From Solirubrobacteraceae bacterium (GTDB lineage Bacteria; Actinomycetota; Thermoleophilia; Solirubrobacterales; Solirubrobacteraceae), in the NCBI GenBank assembly GCA_052148875.1, contig JBKQHH010000086.1, positions 1,367-65,366 of the forward strand: a stretch of DNA of 64,000 nucleotides, in the 5' to 3' direction. The notes under the pieces are model-generated. The model was not told the DNA's origin. It did no database searches and saw only the letters and a list, made by a program, of their open reading frames with translations. The position numbers were made by a program, and so were the translations under genes. Positions 48,255 through 57,832 of this stretch are shown here, one piece after another. Within the stretch, counting starts at the first letter, position 1, and each line of letters starts with the position of its first letter.

Positions 48255-48965
48255 ATGCCAACCCGCACCCGGCAGATCGTCGGCGTGCTCGTCACGCTCG
48301 TGGTGCTGCTGCTGGTGTTCGCCGGGCTCGTCGAGGGGACGCGCTCGATCAAAGGCCTGGGCAATGCGCCGGCCGCCGGCGCCGCCACCACCGGGCCCAG
48401 CAACTACCTCTCCACCAACCCCCACAGCTACGCCTGCCACGGCGGCGACGGCGGCGCCGGGGGCGGTCCCCACCCCGAATGGGTCACCTACTGCCCGAGC
48501 ACGAGCATCAAGGTCCCCGCCTACAGCACCATCACCGTGACGATCAGGCAGTACGACACGGGGGGCGCCGTCCACAACCCGTTCTTCGCTCAGGTCAAGG
48601 GCACGGTCGGCGACGTCATGTACGTCAACGGCAGGATCACGCGGCAGGTCGACCCCGAAGAAATCGCACACACCTTCACGATCCAGACGCCGCCCGACAC
48701 GCACGAGACGCAACTGTTCGTGAACGTGCCGCTGCCGGGCGTCTCCGAAAAGGCTCCCGAAACCGAACACATCGCCGGACACGTGTATCCGGCGCCGAAC
48801 GTGATCGTCTTCAAGTTCAGGACGGGCGCCCCCGGGCAGTACGTGTGGCATTGCTACGTGCCGTGCGGCGAAGGGCTCGCAGGCGAAGGGGTGAGCGGCC
48901 AGGAAGGCTTCGGCGGGCCGATGGCGACCACCGGCTACATGGCCGGGACGGTCACGGTGACCTGA
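48255..48965 (+). CDS. Membrane-anchored cupredoxin-fold protein
   Basis: AHTFT...GQYVWHCYVPCG...PMATTGYMAGTVTV. Confidence 0.75.
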   Translation: MPTRTRQIVGVLVTLVVLLLVFAGLVEGTRSIKGLGNAPAAGAATTGPSNYLSTNPHSYACHGGDGGAGGGPHPEWVTYCPSTSIKVPAYSTITVTIRQYDTGGAVHNPFFAQVKGTVGDVMYVNGRITRQVDPEEIAHTFTIQTPPDTHETQLFVNVPLPGVSEKAPETEHIAGHVYPAPNVIVFKFRTGAPGQYVWHCYVPCGEGLAGEGVSGQEGFGGPMATTGYMAGTVTVT

Positions 48966-49037
48966 TCGCATGGGCGCGCTTCAGACAGCCCCACGCGCCG
49001 TGGCGATCGCGCGCAAGCTCACGCGGAGTGCGTCGCG

Positions 49038-49889
49038 TTGGCGGTAGAAGCCCCCATCACCGCTCCGCCGGCACCGGACGGACGCTCGCACGTCCGGCGC
49101 GTACTGACGATCTGGGCCGTGCTCTCGGTGGTGTTCGTCGCGCTGGCGATCCTCGTCGTCCCGCTCGTGGAGCGCAAGCCGGCGAGCTCGGTGGCTGGCT
49201 TCGCGAGCCTGACCGACCTCGTCTTCACGGCTGTCGCGGTGCCCGTCTCGCTGTTCGTGTGGGTGTTCGTGTTCTACAGCGTCTTCGCATTTCGCGAGAA
49301 GAGCCCCGAGAGCGGGCGGGTCGAGGACCTCGAGGACGGGCCGCCGCTGCAGGCCAAGACCGGTCATCAGATCGCGTGGCTCGCCGTGACCACGGTGCTC
49401 GCCTTCTTCACCGTCGGCTGGGGGATGTTCGGCTTCTACAAGGAGACGACCACCTCCGCGGCCAGCGCCCTCGTGGTGAACGTCACCGGCCAGGAGTGGA
49501 CATGGACATATGCCTATCCCAAGCTCGGCGTGCAGAGCCACGTGCTGGAGCTCCCGCTCGGCAAGCCGGTGCAGTTCCGCGTCACATCCGACGACGTGCT
49601 GCACGGCTTCGGGCTCGCCGCGCTCGGGATCGCGATGGACGCCAACCCCGGCGAGTGGGTGTCCACGCCGGTCGTCACCCCCGACAAAGCCGGCACCTTC
49701 GAAGTGCGCTGCATCGAGCTCTGCGGCCTCTATCACACGTTCATGTCCTCACAGGTGAGGGTCGTCCCACCATCGTCCTTCGCGGCCTGGATCAAGGCGA
49801 GCGGAGGTAACTCGAGCGTCCTGGCCAGCCCCGCGGGCGCAAGCCAGAAGCCGGCGCCAGCGGGCAACGAAGTGGAAGAAATCACCTGA
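49038..49889 (+). CDS. coxB: Cytochrome c oxidase subunit II
   Basis: Two TM helices, GQEWTWTY, SDDVLHGF, CuA CIELCGLYHTFM. Confidence 0.93.
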   Translation: MAVEAPITAPPAPDGRSHVRRVLTIWAVLSVVFVALAILVVPLVERKPASSVAGFASLTDLVFTAVAVPVSLFVWVFVFYSVFAFREKSPESGRVEDLEDGPPLQAKTGHQIAWLAVTTVLAFFTVGWGMFGFYKETTTSAASALVVNVTGQEWTWTYAYPKLGVQSHVLELPLGKPVQFRVTSDDVLHGFGLAALGIAMDANPGEWVSTPVVTPDKAGTFEVRCIELCGLYHTFMSSQVRVVPPSSFAAWIKASGGNSSVLASPAGASQKPAPAGNEVEEIT

Positions 49890-52372
49890 TGAGCTCCGTC
49901 GCTGCGACCCATACGGAAGTCACTCCACCCGCGCGCAGGCGCCGCGTCCTGGTTCCGAGCATCCTCTCTGGGCTCGTGCTCGGCCTGATCGCCGCGATTC
50001 TCGCGGGCGTGATCGTGCACGGTCTCGTCAGCGGCGCGCGGCAGGCGGACGACACGATGGTCAGCGCCTACCTGGCCTGGTTCATCTTCTTCCTGATCGG
50101 CATCGGCGCGTGGAACTTCCCGATCAAATGGGGCCTCGGGCGGCCCGACACCACGCACGAGCAGGAGCTGGAGCTCGCCGGCAAGGACGAGGGCGTGTGG
50201 CGCTACTTCCGCTTCTGCACCGACCACAAGGTCGTGGGCATCCAGTACCTGGTGACGGTGCTGGTGCTCTTCCTCGTCGGCGGGGCGGCCTCATGGATGA
50301 TCCGGCTCGAGCAGGCGCGGACCGGCGCCAAGGTGTTCACGCCCGCGACCTACAACACGATCGTGGGCATGCACGGCCTGATCATGATCGCGACCACGAT
50401 CATCATGCTCAGCGCCGTGATCGGCAACTACATGGTGCCGATCATGATCGGCGCAAACGACATGGCATTCCCGCGGCTGAACGCGCTCAGCTACTGGATG
50501 CTGTTCACCGCGGTTCCCGTCCTGCTCAGCGCGATCGTCCTGGGCGGCTTCCCGACCGGCTGGACGGGCTACGCCCCGCTCGCCGACCAGGCGGCCGTCG
50601 GCATGGACGCCTACTGCATGACGATCGTGATCTTCGCGATGTCGATCGCGCTCGGAGGGATCAACATGGTGACCACCGTGGTCACGATGCGTGCCCCCGG
50701 CATGACGTGGGGGAGGCTGCCCACGTCGGTGTGGGGCATCACCCTGTCGACGCTGCTCGGGCTGATCGTGTTCCCGGCGTTCATGACGGCGGTGGTGCTG
50801 ACCCTGCTCGATCGCACCGTCGGCACGTCCTTCTACGAGGCCTCGCTCGGCGGGAACAACTGGCTGTATGAGCAGCTGTTCTGGTTCATGGGGCACCCGG
50901 AGGTGTATGTGATCCTGCTGCCCGCGCTCGGCGCCGTCTGCGACGTGGTCCCGGTCTTCGCCCGCAAGCCCCTGTTCGCGTACAAGCTGGTCGTCGGCGG
51001 CGAGATCGGCATCGTCGTGCTGAGCATGGCCGTGTGGATGCACCATCTGTACTGGTCCGGGGCCAACCTCCCGCTCGACCTGCCCACGATGCTGAGCACC
51101 GAGGCGATCTCGATCCCGACCGGCCTGGTCTTCTTCGCCCTCATCGGCACGCTGTGGCGCGGGCGCATCAGGCTCGAGCCGCCGATGCTGTTCGCGCTGG
51201 CCTTCATCTTCAACTTCCTCATCGGGGGCGTGACCGGTCTCTACCTGGCGGACGTGCCGACCGACGCGATCTTCCACAGCAACATGTTCACGCTCGCGCA
51301 CTTCCACTTCACGCTCGTGGGCGGCACGGTGTTCGGCTTCCTCGCGGCGTTCTACTACTGGTTCCCCAAGATGACCGGGCGCCAGCTCGATCCGTGGCTG
51401 TCCAGGCTGCACTTCTGGCTCTTCGAGATCGGTTTCCTCGGTGTGTTCATCCCGCTGTTCCTCGCTGGGATCCGCGGCGAGCCCCGCTGGCAGGCGGACA
51501 TCTCGCCCAGCGTCGCCACCGCGAATCTCATCTCCAGCCTGTTCGCGATCCTGATCGTCGCCTCGGTGGCCGTGCTCGCCTACAACATCCTCAGCTCGTG
51601 GATCTCCGGCAAGCGCGCGGAGGTCAACCAGTGGGGAGGGCGGACCCTCGAGTGGACGCTCCCGAGCCCGGTGCCGCTGGTGAACTTCCCGCACCCCATG
51701 CTGGTGACCGAGGGTCCGTACGACTATGGCGGTGGCGGCTCGCGGGTGATGGGCCGCCCGACGCTCGCCGGGGCCGCGGTCGACACCGTGACGTTCGCCG
51801 CCCCCGCACCCCACGAGGGCTCCCGTGCCCGCCAGGTCCGCTACGCGACCTTCCTGCTGATCGTCTCCGACGCCGTGTTCGTCCTCGCGCTCTACCTCGC
51901 CTTCGTGTATCTGCACGGGCTCAATACGCAGGGGCAGTTCAAGCCCTCGGCGGAGTCCACGCCGTCGATGCTGGGAATCGTGCTCGTCACGGCAGCCTCC
52001 GTGCTGGCCGCGGCGGCCTACAGCTGGGGGCAGCGCGGGTTGCGCTCGGGTGACACGCGCCGCGTGCGTACCGGGCTGACGCTCGCGTGGGCGATCTCGA
52101 TCGTCGCGCTGGTGGGCGACGTGCTGACGTTCGGGGGATTGGGCTACGCCGTGCCGCTGCACGCATATGGCAGCTTCATTGCGCTGTTCATCGTCTATCA
52201 CGCGGTCCGCCACCTGCTCATCGGCGTGCTCGTCGGCGCGCTCGTGCTGGGCCGCCTCTACAGCGGCCGGCTGGCCGGGCGCGACTACGTGATCCAGGCG
52301 ACCGGCTATTGGTTCTGGTGGGTGGCCATCACCGCGGTGGTCATGACGGTGCTGATCGCAACGATCAAATGA
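49889..52372 (+). CDS. coxA: Cytochrome c oxidase subunit I fused to subunit III
   Basis: TDHKVVG, MHG, GWTGYAPL, GHPEVY, WMHH, AHFH; C-terminal subunit-III-like TM block ending YWFWWV. Confidence 0.93.
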   Translation: MSSVAATHTEVTPPARRRRVLVPSILSGLVLGLIAAILAGVIVHGLVSGARQADDTMVSAYLAWFIFFLIGIGAWNFPIKWGLGRPDTTHEQELELAGKDEGVWRYFRFCTDHKVVGIQYLVTVLVLFLVGGAASWMIRLEQARTGAKVFTPATYNTIVGMHGLIMIATTIIMLSAVIGNYMVPIMIGANDMAFPRLNALSYWMLFTAVPVLLSAIVLGGFPTGWTGYAPLADQAAVGMDAYCMTIVIFAMSIALGGINMVTTVVTMRAPGMTWGRLPTSVWGITLSTLLGLIVFPAFMTAVVLTLLDRTVGTSFYEASLGGNNWLYEQLFWFMGHPEVYVILLPALGAVCDVVPVFARKPLFAYKLVVGGEIGIVVLSMAVWMHHLYWSGANLPLDLPTMLSTEAISIPTGLVFFALIGTLWRGRIRLEPPMLFALAFIFNFLIGGVTGLYLADVPTDAIFHSNMFTLAHFHFTLVGGTVFGFLAAFYYWFPKMTGRQLDPWLSRLHFWLFEIGFLGVFIPLFLAGIRGEPRWQADISPSVATANLISSLFAILIVASVAVLAYNILSSWISGKRAEVNQWGGRTLEWTLPSPVPLVNFPHPMLVTEGPYDYGGGGSRVMGRPTLAGAAVDTVTFAAPAPHEGSRARQVRYATFLLIVSDAVFVLALYLAFVYLHGLNTQGQFKPSAESTPSMLGIVLVTAASVLAAAAYSWGQRGLRSGDTRRVRTGLTLAWAISIVALVGDVLTFGGLGYAVPLHAYGSFIALFIVYHAVRHLLIGVLVGALVLGRLYSGRLAGRDYVIQATGYWFWWVAITAVVMTVLIATIK

Positions 52373-52460
52373 GCAGCCGGCCTGTGCACATCCGGGCGCA
52401 CGTGGGCGAACGCGCCTGGGCGCTGCCCGTTCGCCTCGCCCGTCGACGGAGCTGACGCCG

Positions 52461-53300
52461 GTGGCGGACTCGCTTCCCCTCGGGTTGACGTGGGCCGCGT
52501 TCTGGCTGCACCTGCTGGGCGAGCGCGTGGCCGCCAGGCGCACCGGCCGCCCGCGCGACCGGCTCGCACGCAGACGTGCGCTCGCCTTCTACGCGGGCCT
52601 GCTCGTGATCGTGGTCTCGATCGTCACCCCGATCGAGACGCTCTCCAAGCAGCTGCTGTGGACCCACATGATCCAGCACGTGCTGCTGCTGTCGGTCGCC
52701 GCGCCCCTGATCGTCCTCGGCGCGCCCTGGATGTCGCTGTGGCGCCCGCTGCCGCTGGGGATGCGGCGCGCGCTCGCCCGCGCACTCGTGCTCTCGCCTC
52801 GCTCGGCGCCCGTGCGCTCGGCCTGGCGGGCGCTCTCGCGGCCGCTCGTCGTGCTGGCGGTGTACAGCGCCAACCTCCTGGCCTGGCATCTGCCCGCGCT
52901 GTACGACCTGACGCTCCGCAACACCGACGTTCACGCTCTGGAGCACCTGACGTTCGTCGGATTCGGGATCCTGCTGTGGGCGCAGGTGATCGCCTCGCCG
53001 CCCTGCAGGCCGTCGCTGGCATACCCGCGGCGCGTCGCGTACCTGGTGGCAGCGATGATCCCCAACGTCGCCCTGTCGATGGTGCTCGCCTTCTCGCGCT
53101 CGCCGCTGTACCCGTTCTACGCCCACCTGGCGCACCGTCCGGGAGGGATCTCGGCGATCACCGACCAGCAGATCGCCGCGGGCATCATGTGGAGCTTTGG
53201 CGATCTCCCGTTCGCGATCGCCATCGTGGTGCTCGTCGTCCACTGGCTGAACGGGCTCGACGAGGATGCCGCCGCGCGAGCCGGATGGAGGTTGACGTGA
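52461..53300 (+). CDS. ctaG: caa3-type CtaG cytochrome c oxidase assembly protein
   Basis: HMIQH, WHLP, HALEH, DQQIAAGIMW. Confidence 0.88.
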   Translation: MADSLPLGLTWAAFWLHLLGERVAARRTGRPRDRLARRRALAFYAGLLVIVVSIVTPIETLSKQLLWTHMIQHVLLLSVAAPLIVLGAPWMSLWRPLPLGMRRALARALVLSPRSAPVRSAWRALSRPLVVLAVYSANLLAWHLPALYDLTLRNTDVHALEHLTFVGFGILLWAQVIASPPCRPSLAYPRRVAYLVAAMIPNVALSMVLAFSRSPLYPFYAHLAHRPGGISAITDQQIAAGIMWSFGDLPFAIAIVVLVVHWLNGLDEDAAARAGWRLT

Positions 53301-53974
53301 GCGGCCGCGCCGGCCGCGTGGCGCCTTCGCTGGGAGCGATTCTCGCGCTCGCCGCGGTGGTGCTCGCGGTGCGCCACATGCAGGCAGCCTCAGGCCAAGG
53401 CGCCGCGGCGGGGTCTGGACCGCCTTCCGTGGAAGCCGGCGGCGGGTTCCCGATCCGCGGCAGGTCTGCGCCCGGGTTCACCCTCACCGACCAGTTCGGA
53501 CGAGCCGTGTCGCTGTCCTCGCTGCGAGGCCACGAGGTCGTGCTGGCCTTCATCGACTCACGCTGTCAGACCGTCTGCCCGCTGACCGCCGCGATCCTCC
53601 GCAGCGCGCTGCAGCGGATCGGCCCCGACGATGCCGGCCGGGTGGATCTCGTGGCGGTGAACGCCAACCCGATCGCCACCCGGGTGGCCGACGTCTACCG
53701 CTTCTCCCAGGAGACCGGGATGCTGCACGAGTGGAGATACCTCACCGGATCACCGGCGCGGCTGAAAGCCATATACAGCGCCTACCAGGTGTACGTATGC
53801 GTCCATCCCGGCGGCGATGTGGTGCACACAGCGGCGATCTACCTGATCGATCCGCGCGGTCGCGAGCGCCTGTACTTCCAGACGCTCGACTCGGGCGCGC
53901 GGGTCACGGTCGGGAGCGAGACCCGCGCGATCGTGGCTGGCATGCGGCAGTGGCTGCCCGGCGTGAACGCGTGA
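53297..53974 (+). CDS. SCO1/SenC family protein
   Basis: GTGA overlap; FTLTDQFG, CQTVCP, VHTAAIYLID. Confidence 0.88.
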   Translation: MSGRAGRVAPSLGAILALAAVVLAVRHMQAASGQGAAAGSGPPSVEAGGGFPIRGRSAPGFTLTDQFGRAVSLSSLRGHEVVLAFIDSRCQTVCPLTAAILRSALQRIGPDDAGRVDLVAVNANPIATRVADVYRFSQETGMLHEWRYLTGSPARLKAIYSAYQVYVCVHPGGDVVHTAAIYLIDPRGRERLYFQTLDSGARVTVGSETRAIVAGMRQWLPGVNA

Positions 53975-54097
53975 TGGCTCGCCGGAGGTGATGGGCGAGA
54001 TGTGCCCGATCGTGGCGCAGGCGGTGGGGGCGGTCCTGGGACCGCCCCCGACCACGCGCCGCGACATCGAGCTACGCGGCTGTTCCCAGCTACGCGG

Positions 54098-54820
54098 CTA
54101 TTCCCAGCCGATGCTGCCCTTCTTGATTTCCGCGACGAGCGAGCCGGTGTAGCTGCCGGTCGTGTATTCCGTCTTCGGCAGCGCTTCGCAGAATTCGCCT
54201 TCGAGTTCATACGGCATCTTCGTCAGCGCCGTGGCGATGGCGAGCTTCTTCACGACCACCGAGGTTTTGCCCTTTTCGATGGTTTCTTCCTCGTTGGTGA
54301 ATTTGGCCGCTTCGAATTCCGCTTCGGGTTTCTTCAGCGCCTTCGCGGGATACGTGCCGGCGGCGATGTCGATCACGCACTTGAACGGGCCCTTGACGGC
54401 GATTTCGATCGTGCCGGCGCCTTCGAGCTTCCCTTCTTTGACGGTCCCGCCCGCGCCCATTTCGACGACTCCGTTGGCGCGGTAGTTGAACGTCACGGGC
54501 TCGAGGAACTTCGCTTTCAGTTCGTATTCGGCCTTGTTCAGCGTCGCTTCCGCTTCGCAGCCGGAGTACTTGATCACGGCGGTCAGCGTTTTCGACGGAA
54601 ACGCCGGCGTCACGCCGGAGGCCGTCGATTTCGCCTTTTCGCAGGTGATCGTGAACGGCTTCAGGGCGAATTCCGCCGATTCGCCGGTGAAGCGGGGTTC
54701 CACGCTTCCGCTGCCGACGAAGTTGTGCGGGTTGAGCGGTTCTGCCTTCTTCGCGACAGCCGGTGTCGCCGCAAGCGCCAGCACCGACAGCGCCAGAGCC
54801 GGCGCGAGTGAGCGTCTCAT
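54098..54820 (-). CDS. Secreted Lys/Glu-rich hypothetical protein
   Basis: GGAGG RBS, signal peptide, four Cys. Confidence 0.7.
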   Translation of the reverse strand: MRRSLAPALALSVLALAATPAVAKKAEPLNPHNFVGSGSVEPRFTGESAEFALKPFTITCEKAKSTASGVTPAFPSKTLTAVIKYSGCEAEATLNKAEYELKAKFLEPVTFNYRANGVVEMGAGGTVKEGKLEGAGTIEIAVKGPFKCVIDIAAGTYPAKALKKPEAEFEAAKFTNEEETIEKGKTSVVVKKLAIATALTKMPYELEGEFCEALPKTEYTTGSYTGSLVAEIKKGSIGWE

Positions 54821-55002
54821 CCTCCGTGTCCTCCTTGCGGTTGCGTCTGATCGCGAGGGCGCGTCCACGCTGCTGTCGCGACGCTCCGTCACGCTTGGCT
54901 AGCCCTAGAGCATCGGGAGAATACCAGCGATTCGTGGCGTCAAGCGTCGGTAGCACCCGCGGCTGCAGCGGCGACCGAGCACGTGCGAACCGCCAAGGCT
55001 GG

Positions 55003-55383
55003 CTATTCCCCCGGTCGAGAACCCCCTTTCTGCGCGTGCGCGCGCAGTCTGGCGGCGATCTCCTGCAGGCGCTCCACGCGGTCGAGCGCCGTCCGGATGC
55101 GCTTCATCGTCTGCTCGTGCGAGTCCGGCGTCTCGCCTCCACTCCGGAACTCCTCGCATTCGCACTCCAGGCAGGATCCGGCGACCTCGATACGCAGCCC
55201 GCGGTGATCCCGGCGCGTGTGCCCGCACGCGCACGGCGTCTCCAGGGTGAGCGTCTCCTGCGCCTCGGTCGCTCGCTCGCGCGCGATCCGGCCCTCAGCC
55301 GGCGGCTCTTCCGTGGGGCGGCCTGCCGCTGGGCCTGTCAGATTGCGCCGACGGCGAACCGGTCTGTGCGTGCTGCGAAACAT
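55003..55383 (-). CDS. Small protein with Cys/His metal-binding motif (start uncertain)
   Basis: CACGH-x4-H...CLECECEEF then coiled coil. Confidence 0.55.
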   Translation of the reverse strand: MFRSTHRPVRRRRNLTGPAAGRPTEEPPAEGRIARERATEAQETLTLETPCACGHTRRDHRGLRIEVAGSCLECECEEFRSGGETPDSHEQTMKRIRTALDRVERLQEIAARLRAHAQKGGSRPGE

Positions 55384-55429
55384 CCGGGCGCAGCCTACCC
55401 CTGGGGATCGGCGATAGGGTCGCTGCCCG

Positions 55430-56266
55430 ATGGTCGCGATTCCGAACGTCCGCCTGAGTCTTTCGAACAGCCCGGAGAGCGTCCCGGTCGTGCAGCAGGC
55501 GCTGGCCGGCGTCGCCGCGAGCCTAGGCCTCGACGCGCTCGAGACCAACGACCTCGACACCGCCGTCACCGAGGTCTGCAACAACGTCGTTCACCACGCC
55601 TACGAGGGGCAGGAAGGCCCGCTGGAGGTCGAGCTCTACGCGCTGGCGGGAGCCCTCGACGTGGTGGTGCGCGATCGCGGCATCGGGATCCGCCCGCACG
55701 TGGGCGAGCGCAGCCAGCCCCACACCGGTCTCGGCATGCCGATCGTTCATGCGCTCACCCAGCGCATCGCCTTCAGCAAACTCGCGGGCGGCGGCACGGA
55801 GGTTCGCATGCAATTCACCACCCCGAGCGCCGCCGCGCTCGAGCCGCTCGAGGAGGGTGAGCTGGAGTCTCATGTCATCGGCGAGGCCGAGCTCGCGAGC
55901 ACGATCGAGATGGCCCTCGCCCCGAGCAGCGTGGCGCGAGCCGTCCTGCCCCGCGTCCTGGGGGCGCTGGCGCAGCGCGCGCGCTTCTCCAGCGAGCAGA
56001 TCGCCGACGTGCGGCGCTTCGCCGAGACGCTCGCGGCGAACGCCGGCGACGCGATCGGCGCCGGACATCTGGGCGTGGCCGTGGAGCTTGCGCCGCGCGA
56101 TCTGGGCCTGCGCATAGGGCCGCTGCGCGCCGGCTCGGCCACGAGACTGCTCGACGCGAGCACAGACGGCCTTGGCCCGACGATCGAGCTGCGGGCCGGC
56201 GATGCTCGCGTCGTATCTTCGGGCTCCGCCGAGATGCTCGCGCTGCGCCTGCTCGAGCGCCGGTAG
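55430..56266 (+). CDS. RsbW-like anti-sigma kinase (HATPase) with a second degenerate domain
   Basis: AVTEVCNNVVHHAY, DRGIG, GLGMPIV, GTEVRM. Confidence 0.85.
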   Translation: MVAIPNVRLSLSNSPESVPVVQQALAGVAASLGLDALETNDLDTAVTEVCNNVVHHAYEGQEGPLEVELYALAGALDVVVRDRGIGIRPHVGERSQPHTGLGMPIVHALTQRIAFSKLAGGGTEVRMQFTTPSAAALEPLEEGELESHVIGEAELASTIEMALAPSSVARAVLPRVLGALAQRARFSSEQIADVRRFAETLAANAGDAIGAGHLGVAVELAPRDLGLRIGPLRAGSATRLLDASTDGLGPTIELRAGDARVVSSGSAEMLALRLLERR

Positions 56267-56300
56267 CGCCCGACTCAGGCCCGCGCGGCCAGGGCGAGGG

Positions 56301-57758
56301 CTACGGCCCGCTCGGCGTGCGCCATTCGCGGGCTCCCTCTTCGGGCAACGAGTTGGGTGGCACGGTCACGGGGTCGGCCGCTTCGCATGCGCCGGCCTTC
56401 GCTTCGTCCTTGCTCAGTCTGACCGTCGGAAGCTTGCCCCCGCTGGTGTCCGGCTTCACGAAGTTGAACGCGCTGGTCAGGTCACCGGTGGTTTCGCGTC
56501 GCCATTGGCTGAGGTTGGGGACCTCGACTCCGAAGCGCGTCTCCAGGAACCGCAGGATCGAGGTGTGGTCGAACGGGTCCGAGCAGAGGAAGCCGCCGCG
56601 GCTGAACGGCGACATGACGATCATCGGCACCCTGAAGCCGAGCCCGATCGGGCCGGTGACTTCGCCGTCGGCGCCCGTCACGTCCGCAACGGTCAGGTAC
56701 TCGCCGGGTGTACCCGGGGCTGGAACCGGCGGTGCGACGTGGTCGAAGAACCCGCCGTTCTCGTCCCAGGTCAGAAACACCGCCGTCGAATCCCACGCCT
56801 GATGGGCTTTCAGCCTCCGCAGCAGATTCTCGACGACGAACTCGCCGACCTTGGCCGACGAGTAGCCGGGGTGCTCGGTCTGGTCCAGAGACACGTTGAC
56901 CCACGAGACCTGGGGGAGTTCCCCGTTCTTGAGATCGGCGGCGAAGTCGTTCGGGTACACGGGGTCGAGCGCCAGGGCCGCGAGCGCGGGATCGGTCTGG
57001 TAGGAGCGGAAGTAGTTGAGCACGTTGTCGTAGATGCCCAGCTGCGATCCCGTGTAGACCTTCCAGCTGACGCCCGCCGCGGACAGCTGCTCGGGCATCG
57101 TCGGCCACGTGAAGCGCCCCGCGAACTCCTGGAACTGGGGGGGACCGAGGGTTTCCACCAGCGGGCCTCCGTTCAGGCCTTCCGGGTCGATCGTCGCCGA
57201 CATGCTGTAGAGCCGGTTGGGGTGCGTGGGCCCGAGCACCGAGCAGTAGTAGTTGTCGCAGATGGTGAACGCTTCGGCGAGCGCGTAGTAGAACGGGATG
57301 TCCGCGCGCTCGTAGTAGGCCATCGTCGCCGGGCCGGCTTGCGGCCCATCGAAGGCGAGATGGGTTCGCACGAACCCGTCCATCGCGCCGTCGTCCCAGC
57401 ATTGGTGCTGGGCCACCCACTCGTGCGTGATGTCGGGGAAGCACCGGTTGCCGGCCATCGCCCCGGATTCCAGGTGAAACGGGAGCAGCACCCCGTCATA
57501 TCCCGGGGCGGGGTAGCCCGGCTGGTAGAGCACGTCGTGCGCGCTCGGGTCCGAGAAGCCGCGCACGCCCGGCAGCGTGCCGAAGTAGTGATCGAACGAC
57601 CGGTTCTCCTGAATCAGGATCACGACGTGTTCGATGTCCGTCAGCTTGCCCGGGCCACGGCTGGCCAGCGCCTGTTGAACCAGCGGGTTGGCGCCGAGCG
57701 CCAGCACCCCGGCTCCCGCTCCCGCCTGCAGCAGCTCCCTACGGGTCATGCCTGCCAT
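56301..57758 (-). CDS. Tat-secreted phospholipase C/phosphoesterase
   Basis: TRRELL Tat motif, QENRSFDHYFG, GPTHPNR, WDENGGFFDHV, GLGFRVP, DHTS. Confidence 0.93.
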   Translation of the reverse strand: MAGMTRRELLQAGAGAGVLALGANPLVQQALASRGPGKLTDIEHVVILIQENRSFDHYFGTLPGVRGFSDPSAHDVLYQPGYPAPGYDGVLLPFHLESGAMAGNRCFPDITHEWVAQHQCWDDGAMDGFVRTHLAFDGPQAGPATMAYYERADIPFYYALAEAFTICDNYYCSVLGPTHPNRLYSMSATIDPEGLNGGPLVETLGPPQFQEFAGRFTWPTMPEQLSAAGVSWKVYTGSQLGIYDNVLNYFRSYQTDPALAALALDPVYPNDFAADLKNGELPQVSWVNVSLDQTEHPGYSSAKVGEFVVENLLRRLKAHQAWDSTAVFLTWDENGGFFDHVAPPVPAPGTPGEYLTVADVTGADGEVTGPIGLGFRVPMIVMSPFSRGGFLCSDPFDHTSILRFLETRFGVEVPNLSQWRRETTGDLTSAFNFVKPDTSGGKLPTVRLSKDEAKAGACEAADPVTVPPNSLPEEGAREWRTPSGP

Positions 57759-57832
57759 CTCATCCTCCCCTGCTTCGCGCATCCTCCCCAGAGCCGCCGA
57801 TCCTACCAACTGTCAAGCCTCCGGGCGAGGCC

